A stretch of DNA of 31,943 bases, from assembly GCF_900552465.1 (NCBI RefSeq), contig NZ_URZO01000047.1; one strand, 5' to 3'. The position numbers and the translations under genes are program-made. Shown here piece after piece: positions 8,665-17,101 of the stretch (position 1 is its first letter; every line of letters begins with the position of its first letter). Source of the DNA: an uncultured Parabacteroides sp. (GTDB lineage Bacteria > Bacteroidota > Bacteroidia > Bacteroidales > Tannerellaceae). A model generated the notes under the pieces. That model had not been told where the DNA came from, did not search any database, and was given only the letters and a program-made list of their open reading frames with translations.

Positions 8665-9879
8665 TTATTTATTTTTACTACCGCAATTAGGACAGAAAGT
8701 CGCTCCGTGTAATGGTGTATTACATTGACTACATCTATCTTCGTTGAGAGGACGTCCGCAACTGGGACAAAATGTACTACCTGGCGGAACCATATTTTTA
8801 CAATTTGGACAGATTTCGATGTTTTCCTGTAATAGCGGACTACCACAATTGACACAACGTTTTGCCGTTGGAGAATTGTCGGAACTACAGGATGGACAGG
8901 GCCTGTATTGGTTCCCACATTTGGGGCAAAATTTCATATTGGAGGGATATTTATTGGCACAATTAGAACAATAGACATCATGGATCAAAACACCTTTCGT
9001 TGGTGATTGGGCAGGTGCGGAAGAAGGTTGTGCAACGGATGAGGCCGTATAGACTGGGGAACCTGGCCGCATATTGTTCATCATGCTCATGGCAACGAAG
9101 GCTCCCATTAGCCCACCGGAGCCGGAGGCTATATTTTCAAGTGCTTTCTCTTGTATATCCAGCATACGGTTCTGGCTATAGGTATTCGGGTCGAAGCCAA
9201 AACCGCTGGCTGCTTTCATGCCATCATCGCTTGTGTCTATCCGGATATCGGCAATATTCAAGTCTACAACCTCAATTCCGTATTTATCGACGAAAGATGT
9301 CAATACTCCCTTCATCTCTCCGGTGAGCAAGCTCCTTCTTGCATTTATTTCAGCCAGTGAAAGATTATGGGCATCCGCATATTGTGCTATCTTGGATGAT
9401 ATCTCATGCTGGATACGTCCACTTAAACTGGCATTGATATGACTGGCATAGTATGGAGATTGATAATTTACCAGATGTGTAAAGAATTTTTCTGCATTGG
9501 CGACATGTAGCCCGTAGTTGACAAGTGCAATTGTCGGACACCCGTGAGGGAAAGAGGTATCTTTTACCAGAAACATATTCGTCTGGCAGTTAATCTGGAG
9601 AATATCCGATTTATTGATAAACCAAAGAGAAGCCATTAACGGGTTTTTCCCTCCGAAGGGTATTCCGAATAATTTGCGAAATATGGGAATGTTCGGCGTG
9701 TCCAACGTATATCGTCCTTCCTGGTAAATTTTTTGTATTTTACCATCTACCAGAAAGATCGCTTCTTGCGAGTGAGTGACATTCAGTACTGCATTCGAAG
9801 ATAGATTCTTTTCTGGATATAGGTAAGCAAAAACTTTCTCACCATTTATATCCCAACTGGGTGCATCGATTATTGCCAT
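8665..9879 (-). CDS. SPFH/Band-7 family protein (Band_7_1, YdjI-like or 'virion core protein'-like) fused to four C-terminal zinc ribbons
   Basis: The N-terminal ~270 aa (MAIIDAPSWDINGEKVF...FLVDGKI...GRYTLDT...IPFGG...) match my recollection of the PF13421-type SPFH proteins. A low-complexity linker (SSVAQPSSAPAQSPT) follows. Then come four CxxC-x(9-15)-CxxC ribbons (CSNCAN..CPKCG; CPSCSS..CVNCG; CPNCKN..CPSCG; CSQCNT..CPNCG). It is the first gene of a six-gene unit. Confidence 0.75.
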   Translation of the reverse strand: MAIIDAPSWDINGEKVFAYLYPEKNLSSNAVLNVTHSQEAIFLVDGKIQKIYQEGRYTLDTPNIPIFRKLFGIPFGGKNPLMASLWFINKSDILQINCQTNMFLVKDTSFPHGCPTIALVNYGLHVANAEKFFTHLVNYQSPYYASHINASLSGRIQHEISSKIAQYADAHNLSLAEINARRSLLTGEMKGVLTSFVDKYGIEVVDLNIADIRIDTSDDGMKAASGFGFDPNTYSQNRMLDIQEKALENIASGSGGLMGAFVAMSMMNNMRPGSPVYTASSVAQPSSAPAQSPTKGVLIHDVYCSNCANKYPSNMKFCPKCGNQYRPCPSCSSDNSPTAKRCVNCGSPLLQENIEICPNCKNMVPPGSTFCPSCGRPLNEDRCSQCNTPLHGATFCPNCGSKNK

Positions 9880-9901
9880 AATGATATTAGATAAATAAAG
9901 T

Positions 9902-9927
9902 GGCTATAAATGTAGGGGTTTATAGCC
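9902..9927. promoter_or_regulatory. 9-bp perfect inverted repeat (GGCTATAAA-N8-TTTATAGCC) just upstream of the SPFH operon start
   Basis: ggctataaa (9902-9910), spacer tgtagggg, tttatagcc (9919-9927). It lies 23-48 nt upstream of the SPFH gene ATG (9879), so it is a candidate operator or a 5'UTR hairpin. Confidence 0.35.
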
Positions 9928-9950
9928 TTAATAAAGTTGATGTAGAATAA

Positions 9951-10003
9951 GAAATGAGGGTGCTAAAGGTTATATGCATAAGAACCTGATGCACCCTCAT
10001 TTC
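9951..10003 (-). terminator. Long hairpin downstream of the lipoprotein gene 10021-11775 (terminator candidate)
   Basis: The 13-nt arm gaaatgagggtgc (9951-9963) pairs with gcaccctcatttc (9991-10003). The loop holds a nested aggtt/aacct pair and the palindromic atgcat. It is flanked by T-rich sequence and separates the lipoprotein genes from the SPFH operon. Confidence 0.5.
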
Positions 10004-10020
10004 TCATTTTATTTGATGGA

Positions 10021-11775
10021 TTATAATTCTTTGCCGACTGCATTCATTTCTGTTCCAGGCATGCCGTTGACATAACCTCCATAAGTACAGCCGGATATAC
10101 TCCCTGTTCTCTCCAATTTTCCTGTAATGTTTCCGATGAATAATGTAGAACCGTTGATCCGCCCTTTGTTTGTACAGTTTATAATGTACCCGTTTCCTTC
10201 TTCTTCCGTATCATTACCTGTCTGAGCGCTTATACCTCCGATATCACCAGAATATCCATATGGATTCTCTGTTAATGTGATATTACCTTCATTAATACAG
10301 TTCTTGACTGTTCCGTCTGGGATTGATGCGGATATTCCTCCGATAGATGTAAATCCTTTTACTTCGCCCATATTATGACAGTTGGATATAATACTTTTTT
10401 GCGAACAATCACCGATGCCGGAGAGATAGGCTCCTTCTCCTTCTATTGTTCCGTAATTTGTACAGTCTTCAATTGTTCCATTAAACGAATATGAAATACC
10501 GGCAGCTCCGTCACCGCTCGGTCTTGAATAGGTATGATTGCGTATATTCCCGTGATTTATACATTTAGAAATCACGCCTCCTTCATTAAAACCGGATATG
10601 CCTCCGGCTTGCCAGTCGGATGAGATCGTTCCATGGTTTGAACATCCTTCTATACTCCCTGCATCGTTCCATCCGGATATACCTCCAATATTCGAAAATA
10701 TATGAACACGGTTGTCTATGAGGTTACAATAATTATGGCAGTTTATGATTTTACCGAAATTCATAGCGCAAATAGATCCTATATTGTTTCCTGTATTGTC
10801 GGCTACAGCGGTAGTAACAAAAGTTGAATTTTTCCCGATGGTGAGATTACGGATTTCACCGATATTGGAAATATATTCGAATAAACCGCAATTCCCGTTC
10901 TCATTGATGGTGAAATGGATATTGTCGATAGTATGATTGTTCCCATCTAAAATAAAGTGGCATGTTTGGAATGGAACCCAATTTTTTTCAGAAGATAAGT
11001 CTATGTCGTTATCAATGTAGACAACACCGTTTTCCATGAAAGAGGAAATGTCTTCACCTCTGTTAACCAGGTCACGGAAGAGGATAAAGTCTCCGGTGGT
11101 GTAAATACCGCGTTTTCTTCCAATATTGATTTTTAGCTCCGGCCCATAAGCTAAGTAAGAACTGTCATTTTGGGCAAAAGCGCGAACATAATAATCCGTA
11201 TTGCTTTGTATGCCGGAGAGGGTTGCTTCGAAAGAAATGCTGTCTACTACTACTTTTTGATCGAAGACAGTAGGACGTCCGGTCGTATTCCAACAAAAAC
11301 CTTTGGCTACAATGTGTTTGCCGGTTTCATCGATACCATCGTCATTGATTGTGGCGCGTACTGTCTTATCACTGATCAATTCGACTTTTGAAACAAGCGG
11401 AGCGCCTACTGTCGGTGTCTGGAAACTTTTCGTATCTGCCATCATCCGGTTGATGCCGTTGCCTACGTATAAACAGTATAGATAGGATTCTCCTGTTTCC
11501 AGGCCATCTACCACTGCGTTTAGATGGGAAGAGATGTCTTCGCAGGTGACCTCTGCCGCATATTCCTTTTCTCCAGTTTTCCAAAAGAGGAATCCGGCTT
11601 CTTTAATCGTTTCAATATTGGAGATCGTTCCGTTGAGCGTGATAGACTTACGTCCGTAATCAGTCGGATCGTCCGTCCGGATTTCCAATACGGTCGTTTC
11701 CGGAGCCGTATCTTTCTCACAGGCACTGAATAGCAGTGCCGGCAGGATAAGTATGATGTATTTCAGTTTGTTCAT
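10021..11775 (-). CDS. Surface lipoprotein with a C-terminal parallel beta-helix-like repeat domain (584 aa)
   Basis: Signal peptide with lipobox LLFSAC. The N-terminal ~220 aa are paralogous to the upstream gene. The C-terminal region is G/N/I-rich with recurring GGISG, GNI.N, CxNxG and N.G.I motifs (for example CINHGNIRNHTYSRPSGDGAAGISYSFNGTIEDCTNYGTIEG), consistent with a right-handed beta-helix repeat. Confidence 0.7.
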   Translation of the reverse strand: MNKLKYIILILPALLFSACEKDTAPETTVLEIRTDDPTDYGRKSITLNGTISNIETIKEAGFLFWKTGEKEYAAEVTCEDISSHLNAVVDGLETGESYLYCLYVGNGINRMMADTKSFQTPTVGAPLVSKVELISDKTVRATINDDGIDETGKHIVAKGFCWNTTGRPTVFDQKVVVDSISFEATLSGIQSNTDYYVRAFAQNDSSYLAYGPELKINIGRKRGIYTTGDFILFRDLVNRGEDISSFMENGVVYIDNDIDLSSEKNWVPFQTCHFILDGNNHTIDNIHFTINENGNCGLFEYISNIGEIRNLTIGKNSTFVTTAVADNTGNNIGSICAMNFGKIINCHNYCNLIDNRVHIFSNIGGISGWNDAGSIEGCSNHGTISSDWQAGGISGFNEGGVISKCINHGNIRNHTYSRPSGDGAAGISYSFNGTIEDCTNYGTIEGEGAYLSGIGDCSQKSIISNCHNMGEVKGFTSIGGISASIPDGTVKNCINEGNITLTENPYGYSGDIGGISAQTGNDTEEEGNGYIINCTNKGRINGSTLFIGNITGKLERTGSISGCTYGGYVNGMPGTEMNAVGKEL

Positions 11776-11777
11776 AA

Positions 11778-13412
11778 TTATTTTTCTTTATAAGTGGCAT
11801 GGGCTGGTTTGGTAAACATTGCATCGTTAGCCTTATCAAATCCTTTCCATACCCATATTATTTGTAAATTTGGATTTTCTCCATTAATACCAGTTCTAAA
11901 GGCTGAAAACTCGACTAAATTCTTATTTTGAGATATATCTAACTCTGGCCCAATATAATTCCCGTCACAACGTAATTGAGTTAACTTTGTGTTTTTAGTC
12001 ACGTCCAGAGATGTTAATTTGTTCATATCACAATTAAGAACATTCAGTTCTAAGTTATTACTTACATCCAGTGATGTTAGTTGGTTATCCCAACATGATA
12101 GATAAGTAAGTTCTTTATTTTGGCTAACATCTATTTCTTTCAATTGATTCCAGTCACAAGCCAAATTGCTTAGTTTCTTATTTTTACTAATATCCAATGC
12201 CTGGAGTTTGTTTTGCTGACAAACAAGAGAGTTTAAATTTAGATTGTTACTCACATCTAAAGATGTGACCTTGTTGTCATAAAAACCTAAATTGATTAAA
12301 TTGCTGTTTTTGCTGACATCTAATGCCTTTAATAGATTGTAATTGGCAAAAACACTCTGTAAATCAATGTTGTTACTTAAATTTAAATCTGTTATAGAGT
12401 TTCCGTATATAGTGATTTCTACTAACTTAGTGTTTGTAGCTGTGTTGATTTTGGTTAGTTTGTTACTAGAGCAATCTAAGTATTTTAGATTTATATTTTT
12501 ACTAATATCCAAAGAAGTTAATTTACCTGTTCCTAACCAACGATTTTGTTCTTTATTATAGACTAAATCGCCCCCGATACATTGTAGATCTTCTAAGTTG
12601 ATAAAAAATTCTATCCCTTTGAGAGAACTAATATTGATTGTACTGACTTCTATTTTCTTTACGGCTAATACTTCCAAGGTAGATAGTACCCCGTTTTTGT
12701 CTGTATCGAAATTGTCAAGTAGATATTTCTTAAAGACAGAATCTTCTATTTCTACTTTTATTTCAGCTTTATGTTTTAGTTCTGCTCCATACGCCAAATA
12801 TCCTTCTTCGTTTTGGGCAAAGGCACGGATTGAATAGGAACCGGCTGAGGCCAGTTCAGGTATGACGGCAGTGATGTCTGTTCCCGTATTCTCTATCAAG
12901 ACCGTATTGTCAAAGATCGATGCTTTGCCCGTAGTGCTCCAACAGAAACCTTTAGTGGTGATGTTGCTACCACCGGTATCTTCGATTTGTGCGGAATATG
13001 TATTGCCGTTAACGCTGGTTGCGCTGACCAGGGCTGCAGACGTTTTAGGAGTTGTGAAATCCTGTTCTTCCGTCATTTTCGTATTGATGTCGTTGCTGAC
13101 ATACATGTAATACGAATAAGTAGTACCGGCTTTCAGATTTTTAATATTGGCTGTGATACGGTTACTTGAAAAGTTGTCGATTTTGTAGGTTGTCTCACCT
13201 CCTTCTGTTCCTGTTTGCCATACGACAAAACCAACCTCTTTGATCTGGTCGGATGCGGATACGGAACCGTTCAAGGTAATAAATGAACGGCCACGGTCTG
13301 ATGGGGCTTCCAGAAACAGATCGGGAGCTGTGGCTTCGGGTGCCGTATCTTCTTTGCAAGAGAAGAGCGCAAGAACCATAAGCAACAGGTTTATATAAAT
13401 TGATTTGTTCAT
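11778..13412 (-). CDS. Surface lipoprotein with about ten 21-22-aa leucine-rich repeats (544 aa)
   Basis: Lipobox ALFSC. The N-terminal module (DTAPEATAP...KGFCWSTTGKASIFDNTV...IRAFAQNEEGYLAYGAELK) is paralogous to 10021-11775. Residues ~265-505 are tandem LRRs (LTSLDVSNNLNLNSLVCQQNK / LQALDISKNKKLSNLACDWNQ / LKEIDVSQNKELTYLSCWDNQ ...). The gap to the downstream gene is 2 nt. Confidence 0.75.
   Translation of the reverse strand: MNKSIYINLLLMVLALFSCKEDTAPEATAPDLFLEAPSDRGRSFITLNGSVSASDQIKEVGFVVWQTGTEGGETTYKIDNFSSNRITANIKNLKAGTTYSYYMYVSNDINTKMTEEQDFTTPKTSAALVSATSVNGNTYSAQIEDTGGSNITTKGFCWSTTGKASIFDNTVLIENTGTDITAVIPELASAGSYSIRAFAQNEEGYLAYGAELKHKAEIKVEIEDSVFKKYLLDNFDTDKNGVLSTLEVLAVKKIEVSTINISSLKGIEFFINLEDLQCIGGDLVYNKEQNRWLGTGKLTSLDISKNINLKYLDCSSNKLTKINTATNTKLVEITIYGNSITDLNLSNNIDLQSVFANYNLLKALDVSKNSNLINLGFYDNKVTSLDVSNNLNLNSLVCQQNKLQALDISKNKKLSNLACDWNQLKEIDVSQNKELTYLSCWDNQLTSLDVSNNLELNVLNCDMNKLTSLDVTKNTKLTQLRCDGNYIGPELDISQNKNLVEFSAFRTGINGENPNLQIIWVWKGFDKANDAMFTKPAHATYKEK
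11900..12620 (-). repeat. Tandem 63-66-nt coding repeats (LRR units) inside the lipoprotein gene
   Basis: Periodic L..LD.S.N..L..L.C..N. units are visible in the translation. The DNA shows recurring ...tccag/tgatgt.../ttacttacatc... motifs. Confidence 0.6.
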
Positions 13413-13438
13413 TTTGTTGTTTTTTATTTGTTAGTGAA

Positions 13439-14293
13439 TTAGAACATGATGCCGATTCCCACATTGGCTTCTGCATATTTGAACTGGTTGGTTTGTGCGC
13501 CTGCTGAAATTGCAAAACCGCCAAAACGGATGATCAAGCCGATTTCCGCTTCTACGCCTTTGTAGGAATGATCTGTGTTCTTTACCCATAGTCCGTCGGT
13601 CGTTTCCCATCCTAATGTACGGAAGCCGTATCCCGCACCGGCATAAACATATCCGGTTTTCCAGATACGCTGCAGGACACCGCCGGTAATAGCTAAACGG
13701 CTTTTTTCCGTATTGCCGGAGTACCACGGCAGACTGCCTTCCGTACCAGTCAGGACTCCGCTATCGTCGCATTCCATGTTATCCGTGGATACGTTTTTAA
13801 AACTATACTTAGCTTTGATGTACCCTCCGGTTCGTTTAACAAGACCGACCATAATACCGTATGAAAATTGTTCGGGATTGATACCGGCAACAGGCATCAC
13901 TAATGTGCGGAGCTTATTGTTTTTGTCTTCGATGAGTTTTAAGGCGAGCTCATAAACCGTTTGCTTCTTAACCCGTTCAGGCAGTTCATACCGCAATACC
14001 CCATACTTGGCATGACGTATGGTAAGACGGCGGGTCCCTTCGGTGATGTAAATCATTGTTTCTCCGTTTTTGACAACCGGATCGCCGATTACGTTTCCCT
14101 CGAATGAGAAATCTTTGCCGGAGGATACGATTTTAATGACCGAACAGGGATTGTCATTCCGGTCCAGACGTTCCTGCGTACGTGCCGTGAGGTCGCGTTC
14201 TAATGCTTTATACGATTTTACACGGATCTCCTGTGCAAAAACAGATGAACTTACAGCCATAAACAGGCTTAAGAATAAAATTAGTTTCTTCAT
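13439..14293 (-). CDS. Predicted outer-membrane (beta-barrel-like C-terminus) protein, paralog 1
   Basis: Signal peptide MKKLILFLSLFMAVSSSVFAQ, with the start placed at Met12 after the NNNNNN leader. The C-terminus ...AEANVGIGIMF ends in an aromatic residue, with alternating hydrophobic residues in G/Y/A-rich strands. It is a clear paralog of 19542-20384 (ECDDSGV, KSRLAITGGVL, AGAGYGFR, GVEAEIG blocks). Confidence 0.65.
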   Translation of the reverse strand: MKKLILFLSLFMAVSSSVFAQEIRVKSYKALERDLTARTQERLDRNDNPCSVIKIVSSGKDFSFEGNVIGDPVVKNGETMIYITEGTRRLTIRHAKYGVLRYELPERVKKQTVYELALKLIEDKNNKLRTLVMPVAGINPEQFSYGIMVGLVKRTGGYIKAKYSFKNVSTDNMECDDSGVLTGTEGSLPWYSGNTEKSRLAITGGVLQRIWKTGYVYAGAGYGFRTLGWETTDGLWVKNTDHSYKGVEAEIGLIIRFGGFAISAGAQTNQFKYAEANVGIGIMF

Positions 14294-14309
14294 GTTGTTA
14301 TTATTATTA

Positions 14310-15305
14310 TTAAATTTCAAAATCATCTACGCTGAATATTTCATCTAAAGGAAGAGGGGTGTTGGCATCGATTTTTTCCGGCTGCCAGGTACGGACATGG
14401 ATTTTCGGTCCGGCTTCATTGTTGAAGTCCCATAATAAAAACAAGTAACCGATATCGCTGTAGCTGTCCGAGGAGTATCCCTGTTTCAGCAGTACGCCGT
14501 AATAGTTTTCCTTAGCGGGATGTGCATACACTTTGATTTCGTCGAACACAACATGGATACGTCTGTTGTTACGAAATACGTTGGAGAGACGTCCCAAATA
14601 TTGTTTTTTGCTTTGCACGCTGTATTCCACTTTCGCTTTGTCTCCCATGAATCCAAAGCCTTTTTCTACAGACTGGCGTTTAACGACTTTCCCCGTAATA
14701 ATTAACGCATCTTCACTGAATATCTGTTCCAGGAATTCCATATCCTTTGTGTTATAGGCTGTACGGAATTGTTCTACATAGTCCAGGATCATTTGCCGGC
14801 ATCGCATGTCTTTTACGGAAGCATTCTTTTTAATGACCTGTGTATACAGGTTATTACTGATGGCTAACTGGAAATTAGTAATTTCTCCCTGTGTATTGAA
14901 GTTGATGACAGCTTCCTGGTAGCGGTCTTCTCCGAATGTGTCCGGGTTGTCCGGCATCATCCATAGTGATATATTACGTACCTGATATCCGTCAATAGAG
15001 TTCAGGCATTTTTGAGTAAAACTTGTTTCCGAACATCTGAACGGTGTATTTTCCCATAAAGAAAGGATAGACGATTTCGCCCGTTCGCTTATGATGCAAT
15101 CGTTAAAAGCCGGGAGCTTACCATTGGCTTGTGCCGTATTAAACTCACTCAGTAATGAGGTGATGTTTTTTTCGATTTTCCCTTTTAGTCCGGCATTATC
15201 CAGATCCGTAATGGTTAATGTCGTCGCATATTGTGCGGAAGCGGATAAAAACATACAGAATGCAGGCAGCATGCATAAAAGAAGTTTGTAGATTATCTTT
15301 CTCAT
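14310..15305 (-). CDS. Secreted hypothetical protein (331 aa)
   Basis: N-terminal signal peptide MRKIIYKLLLCMLPAFCMFLSASAQ. It is on the same strand and tightly spaced within the secreted-protein cluster. I recognise no family. Confidence 0.6.
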   Translation of the reverse strand: MRKIIYKLLLCMLPAFCMFLSASAQYATTLTITDLDNAGLKGKIEKNITSLLSEFNTAQANGKLPAFNDCIISERAKSSILSLWENTPFRCSETSFTQKCLNSIDGYQVRNISLWMMPDNPDTFGEDRYQEAVINFNTQGEITNFQLAISNNLYTQVIKKNASVKDMRCRQMILDYVEQFRTAYNTKDMEFLEQIFSEDALIITGKVVKRQSVEKGFGFMGDKAKVEYSVQSKKQYLGRLSNVFRNNRRIHVVFDEIKVYAHPAKENYYGVLLKQGYSSDSYSDIGYLFLLWDFNNEAGPKIHVRTWQPEKIDANTPLPLDEIFSVDDFEI

Positions 15306-15319
15306 GTGTGTAGATATAT

Positions 15320-16339
15320 TTAATTGTTATTAGCTTGATTATTAATTCTGTATTTCGGTTTGCGGTCTCTCAGGCGAATATTGTAGTCGTCAAACAAATT
15401 CTCCAAGTTATGTACCGGCACATAAGCATACAGAGTCGCATCTATTTCACCTTTTTTGTCATGGAGTAGCTGCAGGGGAAAGTTGAAAAAGAAAATATGG
15501 ATATACCCTAACCTTCTGTTTACCATGATAACTGTTGCCCGGACAATATCTTTATCGTAGTATTCCGTGCCGAAATAGGGAATACACCCTTCTGACCGGC
15601 ATACTGATATCCATCGATTCAGCGGGACTTGGATATGCTCTTGTTTATTATTATATTTTTTTTGTGTGATATTTGCCTGTATGTTGTTTTCGATAAGACC
15701 AGAAGTCATCAGGTTGGATAATGTTTCCAGCGGATAACCGGTATCGTCCAACAGGCAGAATGAATTTCCTTTTTTTACATAGTATTGATCTGAACGCATA
15801 ATCTCTACCTGATAAAATCCGGGTGTCGCAATAAAAAAGTTCTTCGGTCCGGCCGGAACCAAATCTTCTTCTTTGGCCGGTTCGGGCATATATTCTGTGG
15901 AATGTTGGAGCAGTTTATCTTTCAGCAGGTTTTCAATTTCGATTTTATTCAACCCTAAAATGAGTTCATACTGGATAGGAAAAGAAATAGAGAGCAATTC
16001 ATCTTCTTTATCCCACCAAGTCATAAAACAACGTTTTTCATCCCGGATGGCTATCCGTACATCCTTTGAAGCATCCAGGAAAGATATAATAGTCGGATTC
16101 CCGTATTCAATGATGAATTTATCAGTTTTCATCTGTTCACGGGCTTCTTCCGGTTTGCTGTTTGACAGTTTATATAAATATCTTTCAACAAAAGAGCATA
16201 AGGGAGCATCCAAAGACTTTTTGATCTCCGGACTGAAAAGGACTGGATATTTTGGCGGTGCTGCCTCCGTTTGGGAAGACACTCTTTGTGCCGGTAATAC
16301 CAGAAAAAGGGGGATAATATAATAGAGAACGCATTTCAT
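15320..16339 (-). CDS. Secreted hypothetical protein (339 aa)
   Basis: Signal peptide MKCVLYYIIPLFLVLPAQRVSSQ. It is 6 nt downstream of the preceding gene, and I recognise no family. Confidence 0.6.
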   Translation of the reverse strand: MKCVLYYIIPLFLVLPAQRVSSQTEAAPPKYPVLFSPEIKKSLDAPLCSFVERYLYKLSNSKPEEAREQMKTDKFIIEYGNPTIISFLDASKDVRIAIRDEKRCFMTWWDKEDELLSISFPIQYELILGLNKIEIENLLKDKLLQHSTEYMPEPAKEEDLVPAGPKNFFIATPGFYQVEIMRSDQYYVKKGNSFCLLDDTGYPLETLSNLMTSGLIENNIQANITQKKYNNKQEHIQVPLNRWISVCRSEGCIPYFGTEYYDKDIVRATVIMVNRRLGYIHIFFFNFPLQLLHDKKGEIDATLYAYVPVHNLENLFDDYNIRLRDRKPKYRINNQANNN

Positions 16340-16345
16340 TCTATT

Positions 16346-17074
16346 CTATTTTTGAGGTAATCCGATAAGCAGGCTGCCTTTATATTTCCCCTTTGCGTCA
16401 TACCAGCGCCCTTGCACCAAATGGCCTTCATTATATTCGCCAATGATATAATCGCCTTTCTCCGCTTCCCGCTTTTTCTCATCGCGGGATTCAATAATAT
16501 GACGGCAGGTGAATGTCATTTTTCCTTTCGTATCGTGTGGCAGGTTGTATAAAATTTTACCATTCCAGATGGCATATCCGATGTTTATTTCCTGCGGCGT
16601 ATAATCTTCTTCATTCAATACGCAGATATCGTTTTCAGCCATAGGCTCTTCATCTTCGATATTCGCTTCCAATATAGGCTCTTCGGCTTGAACCTGAACC
16701 GGTTCCTGTACGGATATTTCTGGTTGTCTCTCTTCCTGCCGGGTTGCTTCGGGGAGAGTTATTTCCTCTTTTCCCTGTTCGGTTTCCTGTTCAACGGCAA
16801 GCACCTTTTCTGTCGCCACTTCCGGCTTGCGGGTGAATAAGGTATCCCGGAAGAAATAAACAGCAGCGCACCCTCCGCCAACTATAAGAATGGCTAAAAG
16901 GATGACAATTGTTTTGCGGGAGATTGCCATTTCTTTTCCATCCAGGATCGGGATGAGTGGCAGACCGCATTCTTGACAGACGAATTGTTCTTTTTTGTCG
17001 AGAATCTGTTCTTCCTGTTTTTCGGCTTTTGAACAATTGTCAATGTTACTGCATATACCTTTTCGTGTAGCCAT
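16346..17074 (-). CDS. Single-pass membrane protein with an N-terminal Cys-rich (zinc-ribbon-like) segment and a C-terminal MORN-like repeat region (242 aa)
   Basis: CSNIDNCS...CQECG gives two Cys pairs. A TM helix IVILLAILIVGGGCAAVYFF follows, then an acidic low-complexity stretch (EQETEQGKEE...QEERQPE). The C-terminal ...GDYIIGEYNEGHLVQGRWYDAKGKYKGSLLIG resembles MORN or YD-type repeats. Confidence 0.55.
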   Translation of the reverse strand: MATRKGICSNIDNCSKAEKQEEQILDKKEQFVCQECGLPLIPILDGKEMAISRKTIVILLAILIVGGGCAAVYFFRDTLFTRKPEVATEKVLAVEQETEQGKEEITLPEATRQEERQPEISVQEPVQVQAEEPILEANIEDEEPMAENDICVLNEEDYTPQEINIGYAIWNGKILYNLPHDTKGKMTFTCRHIIESRDEKKREAEKGDYIIGEYNEGHLVQGRWYDAKGKYKGSLLIGLPQK

Positions 17075-17101
17075 TTTTGTTATATTTTGAATGATTAGTG
17101 T

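Noticed and set aside
8529-8918. 129-aa minus-strand ORF overlapping the 3' end of the SPFH gene and the 5' end of the 4-TM gene
   Set aside because: It lies in a different frame, entirely inside two well-supported genes. Its Arg/Val-rich product is typical of out-of-frame translation of the Cys-rich zinc-ribbon coding region.
11900-12620. Periodic DNA repeats that could be mistaken for a CRISPR-like array
   Set aside because: The repeats are in frame, imperfect and about 63-66 nt long, and they encode leucine-rich repeats within a continuous ORF. There are no spacer/repeat alternation and no cas genes.
13195-13727. Two overlapping minus-strand ORFs (109 and 98 aa) spanning the 13412/13439 gene junction
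   Set aside because: They are out-of-frame overlaps of the LRR lipoprotein and OMP-like genes, with Arg/Cys-rich products.
15873-16322. 149-aa plus-strand ORF inside the secreted-protein gene 15320-16339
   Set aside because: It is antisense to an ORF with a clear signal peptide and good operon context, with no independent support.
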